DNA of 64,000 nucleotides, taken from NCBI GenBank assembly GCA_002320285.1, contig DCKE01000007.1, forward strand, positions 15,606 through 79,605. Reading direction: 5' to 3'. The translations under genes and the position numbers were made by a program. Source of the stretch: Flavobacteriaceae bacterium UBA1682 (GTDB lineage: Bacteria > Bacteroidota > Bacteroidia > Flavobacteriales > Flavobacteriaceae). Every line of letters starts with the position of its first letter. Positions within the stretch are counted from its first letter, which is position 1. The notes beneath the pieces were generated by a model. That model worked only from the letters and a program-made list of their open reading frames with translations. It ran no database searches and was not told where the DNA came from. Of the stretch, positions 1-8,790 are shown piece by piece.

Positions 1-275
1 TTGCTGGTTTAGATATGGATTTTAAAGGAAAACCCTTTGGCCCCATGCCTGCACTAATGGCTACTGCAGAATACGTAACTAAAGTTCATGCTGTTTGTAC
101 ACGCACAGGTAATCTGGCTCACTACAGCTTTAGAAAAGCAGCAAGCAATAATTTGGTTTTACTTGGAGAGACTGAAGAATATGAACCTTTGAGTAGAGCT
201 GCCTATTACAATGCCCTACAAGAGCAGCGAAAAAATATTTTATCTGCTCCCGAGAATTCAGAAGAAATAGGATAG
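1..275 (+). CDS. tdk: Thymidine kinase, C-terminal part (5' end lies outside the window)
   Basis: The frame is open from the window edge and stops at TAG 273-275. 'GLDMDFKGKPFGPMPALMATAEYVTKVHAVC...LLGETEEYEPLSR' matches the type II thymidine kinase C-terminal region. Confidence 0.8.
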   Translation, partial: AGLDMDFKGKPFGPMPALMATAEYVTKVHAVCTRTGNLAHYSFRKAASNNLVLLGETEEYEPLSRAAYYNALQEQRKNILSAPENSEEIG

Positions 276-403
276 ACTATCTCCTAAGCCCGAAAGATAT
301 TTTAATAGCATTTAAAACACTTTAGAGCTGTAGACAACTACTTCTTCCACAAACCCTACTTACAATCTTAGAAGGCACCCATTTACCAAGTAATTTAAAA
401 TAA

Positions 404-434
404 AAAACGAGCTCTTATAAAAAAAGCTCGTTTT
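404..434. terminator. Bidirectional hairpin between convergent tdk and the 419-aa gene
   Basis: AAAACGAGCT (404-413) pairs with AGCTCGTTTT (425-434). The A/T runs on both sides give a U-tract in either direction. Confidence 0.6.
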
Positions 435-469
435 AAACCACCAACATAAAACTATTTTAATATTCAACT

Positions 470-1729
470 CTATTTATTTTCTAGATGTAGATAGCCCGCT
501 TGTTTCTCCATTCGAGAACCTGCCTGATCAACAAATTCATATTTTAATATATAATAATAAGTCCCCGTTGGCAACTTTTCATCTTTCTTAAAGGTAGATC
601 GACCGTCTGAAACTCCTCTAAACACATTCCCACTTGAATCGTAATTCTTGGTTTCAAAAACCTTTACCCCCCAACGGTTGTACACCTCAACGGTATTATT
701 AGGATACTTCTGTATATTTTCGATGAAAAAATAATCATTATCACCGTCACCATTTGGAGATACCGCATTATATACGATGACTTTATCCGTTCCTTCAGGA
801 ACAATATCTTTCTGCCCCAATGCCAAGGTAAAAATACCATATCCCCCAACTTGAGTAATGGTTGTAACCGTTTTGTCCTCAAGGTTGACAATGCCGCCTT
901 CATCTACCCAGATTTTTGCGGATTCATCCCAGCGTACAATCTTAAGATTTTTAGAATCTTTAGTAGTTATCTCCTTGGAAGTGGTTTGTTCATCCCACGA
1001 CAAGGTCAATACAATATCGCTTTTCGCACCATTTTTATTAATGGTCCAATATTCTTTATCATCAATAAATTTGATGCTTTCATTTCTATTTTGATGTGGC
1101 TGACCAGCATTGGAATTTTTTAGATAATACTTTCCTAAAAACGAATCCATCATATTGGTTGGCGCTCCTATTTTAACACGGCGATAAAATCCCGCATCTC
1201 CTACAGGAAAGGCAAATTCTTTATTTCCAATTTTTTCTACTTCTCCCTCTGCATAACTGTTGTTAGAGACATTAATCGTTGTTGCATTTTTTTGAAAAAC
1301 CATCGCACCTTCTAGAGAATCGACTTTTACTACTCCATTCAAAAAGTTCGCTGTACCAGAAACGCTAAAGTCATTTTTCAGGTCAAATGCACGAAGCTCT
1401 TTTTTATTGTCGAATAAAACATCGAAAAAAGAACTTGGCCGTTGACCAGATAACAATTGCACTTGCTGATTGTTATTTTCAAAAACGGTATACCCCGTGG
1501 TACCATTTGTCGTATAATCAAACAAACCGTCGTTGTGGTAATTTTTATAAATATAAAAAACACCATCATTGATTATAATCCCAGACTCTTTATTTTCCAG
1601 GTCAAGCAAAGTGGACATTTCCGTTTTAGGCATAATCACCAGCTGTCCTGTATTTACTGTCTGCGCAAAAACAGTCGGCATAAAAAATAGGCCGATTGCC
1701 GTTGTTACTAAAAACTTTTCCCTGTTCAT
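470..1729 (-). CDS. Secreted protein with a T9SS type B sorting domain (gliding-motility-associated C-terminal domain); N-terminal ~310 aa of unknown function
   Basis: It has a signal peptide (…MPTVFAQ). The C-terminus 'YNAVSPNGDGDNDYFFIENIQKYPNNTVEVYNRWGVKVFE...LPTGTYYYIL...GYLHL' fits the type B CTD pattern. It is a paralogue of the ORF at 33503-34753. Confidence 0.85.
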   Translation of the reverse strand: MNREKFLVTTAIGLFFMPTVFAQTVNTGQLVIMPKTEMSTLLDLENKESGIIINDGVFYIYKNYHNDGLFDYTTNGTTGYTVFENNNQQVQLLSGQRPSSFFDVLFDNKKELRAFDLKNDFSVSGTANFLNGVVKVDSLEGAMVFQKNATTINVSNNSYAEGEVEKIGNKEFAFPVGDAGFYRRVKIGAPTNMMDSFLGKYYLKNSNAGQPHQNRNESIKFIDDKEYWTINKNGAKSDIVLTLSWDEQTTSKEITTKDSKNLKIVRWDESAKIWVDEGGIVNLEDKTVTTITQVGGYGIFTLALGQKDIVPEGTDKVIVYNAVSPNGDGDNDYFFIENIQKYPNNTVEVYNRWGVKVFETKNYDSSGNVFRGVSDGRSTFKKDEKLPTGTYYYILKYEFVDQAGSRMEKQAGYLHLENK

Positions 1730-1792
1730 AATATAAGAGTTATAGGCTATTTAATACTCACTTTATTGAATTTGTACTCAAAAAAACACTCG

Positions 1793-2404
1793 TTATTTAA
1801 CTACAAAAACGATGTTGATCAAAGAACAGTCTGTTGTTGCAGCTTTGACATCATAGGTCATCACTCCATTAGCATTAATACTTATATTAGAGAATACAGC
1901 TGTATCATACTCTGTAATATAATAATACAATTCTGTAGCTGTTGCAAAATATGGAATGCCCGCAGTTGGAGCTCCCGCACTGATTACATGATGGCCTGGT
2001 GTAGCCAATGCAAATTGATTTTTGTATTCCGTAAACAAATCTTTCGTTTGTGCTAAACGATCTTGAGAAGTATCAAAGGTTATTGAAGGCATATAGAAAA
2101 ACTTCACTGCCTTATCATCCGTGGTTACCATTTTTGACCATTTGACACCGTCATTATAATAAAACCCTGGCTTAACATCTTCTACCGTTGCCGTATTATA
2201 TACCGTCATCCCCTGAACGTGCGCGGTTAATGGAGCTGCTAAAGTTGTTTTTTCTAGCGCCAACCTGGGTAACAAAAGTCCTTTCGCCCCCTCTATCTCT
2301 AACAGAGCATTGGCATTAATTGTTTGCGGATTAGCACCTATTTTCACTTGAGAAAATGCGGTTACAGCAAACAGGGCAAATACGAAGGTGTAAATATTTT
2401 TCAT
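1793..2404 (-). CDS. Secreted hypothetical protein with the shared N-terminal 'VxIG...LE...GLLLPR...VYNT...FYY..G.KW' module; no T9SS CTD seen
   Basis: It has a signal peptide (…AVTAFSQ). Residues ~19-93 align by eye with the N-termini of the 539-aa and 706-aa proteins. It lies 63 nt upstream of the 419-aa gene on the same strand. Confidence 0.7.
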   Translation of the reverse strand: MKNIYTFVFALFAVTAFSQVKIGANPQTINANALLEIEGAKGLLLPRLALEKTTLAAPLTAHVQGMTVYNTATVEDVKPGFYYNDGVKWSKMVTTDDKAVKFFYMPSITFDTSQDRLAQTKDLFTEYKNQFALATPGHHVISAGAPTAGIPYFATATELYYYITEYDTAVFSNISINANGVMTYDVKAATTDCSLINIVFVVK

Positions 2405-2558
2405 ATACTTTTAATATTATTTTTAACAGTCAAATGTCGATTACTCTCGCGATGCGTTCGCTTCTAACAAACCAAATGCAAACAGCAATTTGTTTAATTT
2501 ATTTGTAAATAAGTCCATGCAAAAAACACTACACAGACTTATTTAACAATAGTATAAA

Positions 2559-4178
2559 TTATGGCGCAGAAACTACAGTTGGAGTAAACTCAACGATTAC
2601 TTCATACGATCCTACTGGTAAAATATTATACATATTACCAGTTCCTATATTAAAATTCAAAGCAGCTCCTGTCAATACTACATCCGTGGTAGATGAAGTT
2701 ACCAGGTTCCCTCCTTTATACAATTTAATACTCACAATATTATCAGCTGAAACCGGTAAAGTTACCGTAGAAGCCACAGCTGAATTCACAACAATATTCG
2801 TAGTAGATTTGAATGCATAGATTGGTTTCCCATTGATCCATGTATCACCAGTTTTAAAGTGGTTAATTTGATTATAGTTATCTCCTAATATCGTCTTAAC
2901 AGTTTCTGCGTTATTAGTAATCGCTGTAATCACAGTACCCGAGATATCGATGACGATTTTCTTGCCCGCTGCATCTACTGTATAAAGAGATCCAGCTGGA
3001 ATGGCTGTTCCATCGTTATCTCCTGCTGCAATTGCCGTAAGGGTATAAAACACATTACCTCCTCCTCTTAAAACATTTTTAATCGCCGTTTTAACGTTCT
3101 CGTTATTAGTGATCGACGTAATCATATCTGCTGTTACGTTGATCACATCCGGAGTACCAACTGTTGGCGCACCTGTTGCATCAGGCTTATTCGCTTCATT
3201 TGCATAATTATAGATAATTTCAGTATCTACAGTCGCTTTAAGAATTCTGGTTTTCGTTTCGTTTTCCTTTACTAAATCGCCCAGTGAAATCGTTGTATAC
3301 GCCGTACCATTCCAATATTGGAATACCCACTCTACAGCTGGTGACACACCAATATTTTTGTAAATTACGTTTCCGTCTGCAACACCCGCCAGTTCTTTAA
3401 TGATATTCTTAATCGTCATCTGACCAGCCCCATAGGTAGTAGATTGATTTATAATATTTTCAAAATTCTGTACGATATCGGCACCAGCATCAATGGTTAC
3501 CCCTCCAGAAAAATTATCGGGAATATTAACACTAGTATTGTTTGCCGGATCAGCCGCAATCCAGTTTTGAATAGCTTGCTCTCCAAAATAGATATGCTGT
3601 ACGTTACCACCTGCTGCCGTAATGGTTCTAATAAAGGTTTTCGTCTCCGCACCTGCAACTAGAGAAGCAATATCAACCAAATCCGTTTTGTATGAACTCG
3701 TAGCCGTATCGTATGTTACAAAAGAAATCTGCTTGGTCGTTGGATTATAAACCATCGTAGTATGAGTTTGCGGTACAGCCGGATTGTTAACCGGACTACT
3801 CGGCAAGATATAACTCAATAATTTTTTAACATCAGCAATATCTCCTCCGAAATTACTTATCGCAGTATCTAGATCTGATTTATTGATAATTCTATTCCAC
3901 TTTGCATTTTCCCAATAGTAGAACCCCGGTACAACATCTGCCAAAGTCTGTGTATTGTAAACCAACAAACTTTGTACTCCAACTGCCGAGCCTTTGATAG
4001 GTCCAAACTCATCCGTTTTATTTAATTTTACTCTAGGTATTAAAACTCCACTGTCCTCGGATACGATATCTAATTGGGATGAAGCATTTGGAGTAGGCGT
4101 ACCGATTCCAACCTGTGCATTTGCCATGTAAGCCCCCCCAAATAGAAGGAATGCTACTGATAGTGTAATTCTTTTCAT
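2559..4178 (-). CDS. Secreted surface-protein candidate with the shared N-terminal 'QVGIGTPTPN..SQLDIVS...GVLIPR' module; no T9SS CTD seen
   Basis: It has a signal peptide (…AYMANAQ) and the N-terminal module at aa 21-97. The Thr/Asn/Val-rich body carries recurring 'IT(S/A)ITNN(E/A)..VKT(A/I)' motifs. It starts 25 nt after the stop of the 1499-aa gene. Confidence 0.75.
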   Translation of the reverse strand: MKRITLSVAFLLFGGAYMANAQVGIGTPTPNASSQLDIVSEDSGVLIPRVKLNKTDEFGPIKGSAVGVQSLLVYNTQTLADVVPGFYYWENAKWNRIINKSDLDTAISNFGGDIADVKKLLSYILPSSPVNNPAVPQTHTTMVYNPTTKQISFVTYDTATSSYKTDLVDIASLVAGAETKTFIRTITAAGGNVQHIYFGEQAIQNWIAADPANNTSVNIPDNFSGGVTIDAGADIVQNFENIINQSTTYGAGQMTIKNIIKELAGVADGNVIYKNIGVSPAVEWVFQYWNGTAYTTISLGDLVKENETKTRILKATVDTEIIYNYANEANKPDATGAPTVGTPDVINVTADMITSITNNENVKTAIKNVLRGGGNVFYTLTAIAAGDNDGTAIPAGSLYTVDAAGKKIVIDISGTVITAITNNAETVKTILGDNYNQINHFKTGDTWINGKPIYAFKSTTNIVVNSAVASTVTLPVSADNIVSIKLYKGGNLVTSSTTDVVLTGAALNFNIGTGNMYNILPVGSYEVIVEFTPTVVSAP

Positions 4179-4203
4179 AGTATTTTTGTGTTAAGTGTTA
4201 TGC

Positions 4204-7200
4204 TTATTTTTTTATTTTCTGCGTCAAAGTCTTGTTAGAAATGATACACGTTTTCGACAGTCGCGCCAAACAATCTTGATAAAGGTGATACAATCTAAGA
4301 TTTGGTGTTACATTGACAGAAACCAGCGATTTTAAACGAACTGCTACGGCATCTACCTTCGTTGTCGTTGCAAAAGTTAAGTCGGCTATTTGTCCATTAT
4401 TAAGTACATTCAATAAATTGACATTACCTAAAACAGCCGTCGGTAGATCTTTGATCCAAACCTGAACCCCTTTAGAATACCCTACCAGTTCTACATTGCC
4501 CAGTAAATCCAAGGTCAATGCTCCAGTACCGAAAGCCATTTTTAATTTGAATATAGAATTGGCTGTAATCTCCTTATTAAAGCTAATAAGCTGTTGAATG
4601 GTAGAAGCTACAGATACCGTTCCCAAACTCAATTCCGAATAATCGCTATTGTTGTTATTTGGCAATGCTCGATCTGCATGAGTAACTCCATAGCTACCTA
4701 TATTTAAAACGCTTAAGCTTACACCTGATCCGTCTACCGAAGTAGTAAAAGGAACCGAACAACCGCTAAAGTCGGTTTCGTAACACATCCCATAAATGTG
4801 AATATCATTTTGCTGTCCGACCAATAAACTACTCGTTGTATTGGTAATTCGAACACTCTTATAATCTACCTTTGAAGTAATTGCGATATAGTAACGTCCT
4901 TTATTATCTTGTACTATCTTGATTTGATCACTGGCCGCTGTAAAGTTGTTTGCACTGGTTCCACTTAATTTGATGAGCCCGTCAGCTCCTCTTAGATCCA
5001 CTCTAAAATAGTGATCTCCCAAAACAACATTACCCAAAATTTTACCCACAACACCACCTACACTTCCTGCTAACAAAGACTCCAATAAGGTAGCATCGGT
5101 ATCGATTCGAAGATAGGCTGTCGTTCCTGCAACCACATTCGCTCCACCTGGGAAACCGACTTCCACATAACCTTCGTAAGCACCCAGTTGTCCAATTATT
5201 CCACCTTTTGAACGAACCACCGCATAACTGTTGTGGTTTCCATCCACTATATTAGATGCTAAATCTGTATTCGCTTGACTCAGTACGTTACTCGCACATA
5301 CTGGCGCAACATAAGGCGGTTGTTCAACACCCGGATCTTGACAAGTGTCTGAAAGACGTTGCACAGCATACAAGCGCAAAGGTGCTCCCGTAGTTATAGC
5401 GACTAGTGATTCGATTCCAAATTGTACCCGATCAAAAACAACTCCCGGTTTCAAGCTTAACTCTTGCATATTCCCACTGTTTAACAATCCTAATAAATCG
5501 ATATTATTAATCAATCCACTTTGTAAGGTTTTGTTGTAAACCAAGGTATTACCGAGGTATAATTTTACTCTGTAAGCGCCTAGCAAATCTAAAGTCACTA
5601 AATTGGACTGTTCCAGTTGTACCTTGATACGTAGTAAATCCGTCTTTAACGAAGGACTTTTAAAATAAATATTTTGATACACACTAGCCGCTACCCCCGC
5701 GATTCCGAGGTTGATTGTGGAGTAATTTCCTGAATTGTCATCGATTACAAAATAAGGATTTGAAACACCTGCTTTACTGATTCCTGCCAAGCTCAAATTC
5801 AATCCGGTACCGTCGTAAGAAGTGAAGCTCGCTTGCTCACAAGTGTCAGTTACCGTTTCTCTACACATATTGTACACCTTCATCTCAGCGGTTTTATTCA
5901 AACCTACTATTGCAGCTAAATGTTGTGTAATACGCACACTCTTATATGCTTCATTTGATGTTACAGCGATATAATATCTACCACTTTTATCTTGCACTAT
6001 TTTAACAAATTGCGAATCAAAGCCATTTGCACTATTAGCTGTATATATAACCGTTCCGTTGGGGCGTTTTATATCCACTACAAAGTAATGATTACCCAAA
6101 GCCACTGCTCCAGCCACATTACCCAAAAGATTTCCTAAACTACCACCCAACAAACTTTGCAATACAGTGGGATCCATATCTACTCTTATATAAGATGTAG
6201 TACTTGCTCCAGCAGCTGCATGATATCCCAATTCAATAAAACTCGTATATCCACCTGCTCCGAGAACAACACCGGTACCCGATGTTAGAATAGCTGCGGT
6301 ATCGTGATTGCCATCTACGGCATTATAAGGGAAATTGGTTCCCCCAAAATCAATGACATCTGCTGCACATTCTGGACTGGTAAAAGGTGACACGGTTGGT
6401 GTCGGAATTGGAAGTGGATTCGGATCCGGACAAGTTAAACTATATCGTTCAATTCCATATACATATAAAGGTGAACTCAATACATTTAGCCCAACCAAAG
6501 ACGATTTACCAATGGCGATACGATCAAACTGTTTACCTGGTCCAAAAGCCAAAGAAACAGCCTGCCCACTTTGCAATAAGCCCAGTAAATCTAAACCAAT
6601 CACATCACTACTTAATTTTTGAGAAAACACTTCAACGCTACCGTTAAAAGCTTTAATTTCTATATTTGACAAGGCTGCCAAGTCGACCAAAGAGCCGTTA
6701 TTGACTGCAATCTTAACTCTAAAATAATCTTTTACCCCCGATAAACCATGGAAGTCTACATATTGAAAAGCACTTGCTCCAACTGCTGCAGTACCCAAAT
6801 TGATTTCTGACGCGGTAGTTGCATTTAAATCAATAGCCAGGTTGGCATTTTTAACGCCTGCCCCTCCTGTTCCCAAAAGATCTAAGCTAACACCTGACGA
6901 CACCGAATAGGTTGAAAAAGCCTGTTCACATGCAATTGGTGTGGTTGCATAACACAGTCCATAAACTTTTAGAGTAGCACTGGCTCCCAATCCTACTGCT
7001 GCAGGATAAAACTCCGTTATACGAATACTGCGATAAGCACTAGTCGGTGTAATAGCAACATAATAATTCCCGTATTTATCTTGAATGACTTTGATGGGTT
7101 TACCGAAAAAGCCATTGGAACTATCGCCGGTTAAGACAGAGCCTGAAGAGGCGTCTTTAACCTCAATTTTAAAATAATGACTTCCAAAAAGCAGATTGCC

Positions 7201-8703
7201 TACAACGCCATTTAACAATTGTCCGACAGACCCGTCTAATAAAGCTCCCAAAAGTTTTTTATCAGCCATATCGATACGCAGATAGGAAGTTACTCCTGCA
7301 TTTACGTTGGCAGCGTAGGCAAGTTCGACATGTCCACCATAAGCATTTGCACCGAGCAAAAGCCCTGAAGTGGCATCTAAGGTGGCAAAAGTTCCATTAA
7401 TCCCATCAACGGCATTCAACGGAAAATTTGCATGTGCAAAACTTTTAACCGTGGTTGCACAAATTTTATTATTCCCCAAAAAGTGTACCCCTCCTTCATC
7501 TACAATAGGCGAACTGGAATCAGGACATGTTAAGAGAGAGCCTGCTCCGCCGAAACGTTCCACGCTATAAATCTGTAATGGAGATGAAGCCAAATTAACC
7601 CCAACACCGGTGTTAACTATCACAGCAACCCTATCAAATGGCACACCTGGTCCATAAGGCAATGTGACTTTATTTCCCGTTTGCAAAAGTGCCAATAAAT
7701 CCAACCCATTGATAAGTCCACCTTGAAGCTTCGTAGCGAACACCTCCGTTATACCACTATATGCCTTAATCTCAAAGTTCCCTAAAAGGTTTAAATCTAA
7801 AAGTCCTCCACCGCCAACTTGTAGTTCAATTTTAAAGTAATCTTGCGCACTTGATAGTTTATTAAAATAGAAATTTTGAGAAACCGTTCCTGCCACTTGA
7901 ACCGTACCGGGTTTTAAAGTTGAGAAATCCGTAGCAATACCATTAATCGCCTTTTGTGGCGTAGTAATCGCATCTGTCAAACTAACAGAGATACCAGTAG
8001 TCTCCCCAACGCCAGCAAAGATTGCTTGACCACATGTTCTTTCTGAAATTGTAAATGCATTATATACATTTAAAGTTAAATTACCCCCAACAGTAAGTAC
8101 CCCTGGAGGGTACTTTAAAGTGATGCGAACCGAATTATAAACTGCTGTTGCTTCTGGAGTAATCGCTAAATAATAATTTCCAGCTTTATCAAGCACCCAT
8201 TTACTAACTATAGCTGAAGTAAGCTTTGTCCCTACTGCAGCTGCAGTTGTAGCAGAAGAATTCGTTGCACCTACATATAACTCGGGAATGAAAGAGGTTC
8301 CCATCAAGCCTAAAATATCACCCAAATTAACATTTACACCTGATTTTACCGGAGCGTCTACACGAATATATACGGTTTCTCCGGCTGCTCGATCGGTCGG
8401 GAATTTCAGTTGCAGAGAAGCATCACTACCACCAGTAATTATCCCAGCCACTCCCAGACCACGATCTGAAGTCATTACAGCAAACTCATCATCATTCCCT
8501 ACCTCAGCTTTAGTTTGATTTGTAACACCTCCTGACCCAGGAGACAAAGTCCCTACCTGAGTTCGTATTGCCGTACTAGCCCAAGTAGCATAAGATTTCG
8601 TAATCTGTCCATAACTGGCTGATCCCAATAAGAAAACAAATAGGATAAGAAACAGTCCGAGGACTCTTCCTTTAAGAGTGGCTAAAGTACTAATTGATTT
8701 CAT
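4204..8703 (-). CDS. Giant secreted repeat protein (1499 aa) of four tandem ~360-aa units; no recognisable T9SS CTD, LPXTG or lipobox
   Basis: This is a 4.5-kb uninterrupted ORF with a signal peptide (…LLGSASYGQ). Four units are visible by eye, at aa ~35-391, 392-756, 757-1119 and 1120-1478. Each carries 'NAVDGN', 'YLRID/YIRVD', 'HYF.V', 'KIVQDK.G.YY(I/V)A(I/V)T', 'DLLGLL' and 'FDR(V/I)' landmarks. Confidence 0.85.
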   Translation of the reverse strand: MKSISTLATLKGRVLGLFLILFVFLLGSASYGQITKSYATWASTAIRTQVGTLSPGSGGVTNQTKAEVGNDDEFAVMTSDRGLGVAGIITGGSDASLQLKFPTDRAAGETVYIRVDAPVKSGVNVNLGDILGLMGTSFIPELYVGATNSSATTAAAVGTKLTSAIVSKWVLDKAGNYYLAITPEATAVYNSVRITLKYPPGVLTVGGNLTLNVYNAFTISERTCGQAIFAGVGETTGISVSLTDAITTPQKAINGIATDFSTLKPGTVQVAGTVSQNFYFNKLSSAQDYFKIELQVGGGGLLDLNLLGNFEIKAYSGITEVFATKLQGGLINGLDLLALLQTGNKVTLPYGPGVPFDRVAVIVNTGVGVNLASSPLQIYSVERFGGAGSLLTCPDSSSPIVDEGGVHFLGNNKICATTVKSFAHANFPLNAVDGINGTFATLDATSGLLLGANAYGGHVELAYAANVNAGVTSYLRIDMADKKLLGALLDGSVGQLLNGVVGNLLFGSHYFKIEVKDASSGSVLTGDSSNGFFGKPIKVIQDKYGNYYVAITPTSAYRSIRITEFYPAAVGLGASATLKVYGLCYATTPIACEQAFSTYSVSSGVSLDLLGTGGAGVKNANLAIDLNATTASEINLGTAAVGASAFQYVDFHGLSGVKDYFRVKIAVNNGSLVDLAALSNIEIKAFNGSVEVFSQKLSSDVIGLDLLGLLQSGQAVSLAFGPGKQFDRIAIGKSSLVGLNVLSSPLYVYGIERYSLTCPDPNPLPIPTPTVSPFTSPECAADVIDFGGTNFPYNAVDGNHDTAAILTSGTGVVLGAGGYTSFIELGYHAAAGASTTSYIRVDMDPTVLQSLLGGSLGNLLGNVAGAVALGNHYFVVDIKRPNGTVIYTANSANGFDSQFVKIVQDKSGRYYIAVTSNEAYKSVRITQHLAAIVGLNKTAEMKVYNMCRETVTDTCEQASFTSYDGTGLNLSLAGISKAGVSNPYFVIDDNSGNYSTINLGIAGVAASVYQNIYFKSPSLKTDLLRIKVQLEQSNLVTLDLLGAYRVKLYLGNTLVYNKTLQSGLINNIDLLGLLNSGNMQELSLKPGVVFDRVQFGIESLVAITTGAPLRLYAVQRLSDTCQDPGVEQPPYVAPVCASNVLSQANTDLASNIVDGNHNSYAVVRSKGGIIGQLGAYEGYVEVGFPGGANVVAGTTAYLRIDTDATLLESLLAGSVGGVVGKILGNVVLGDHYFRVDLRGADGLIKLSGTSANNFTAASDQIKIVQDNKGRYYIAITSKVDYKSVRITNTTSSLLVGQQNDIHIYGMCYETDFSGCSVPFTTSVDGSGVSLSVLNIGSYGVTHADRALPNNNNSDYSELSLGTVSVASTIQQLISFNKEITANSIFKLKMAFGTGALTLDLLGNVELVGYSKGVQVWIKDLPTAVLGNVNLLNVLNNGQIADLTFATTTKVDAVAVRLKSLVSVNVTPNLRLYHLYQDCLARLSKTCIISNKTLTQKIKK
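4270..8601 (-). repeat. In-frame tandem repeat, 4 x ~1.08 kb, inside the 1499-aa gene and diverged at the DNA level
   Basis: Protein unit boundaries fall at the TCPD/TCPD/TCQD/QDC motifs (aa 392, 757, 1120, 1476), giving periods of 365, 363 and 356 aa. Confidence 0.75.
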
Positions 8704-8790
8704 ATCGTTATTTTAAAAAAGGATCCCGTTCAAACATTTATACTTAAGATATTCTACATCTAATTAAAATAGCTTAGTATCATTTAATCT

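Noticed and set aside
4204-8703. Many 60-95-aa antisense or out-of-frame ORFs lie within the 1499-aa gene (for example 6335-6622 and 8288-8518), with similar ones inside the 539-, 706- and 419/416-aa genes.
   Set aside because: They are nested in long, periodic, clearly coding ORFs and show no motifs or start context. This is typical shadow-ORF noise.
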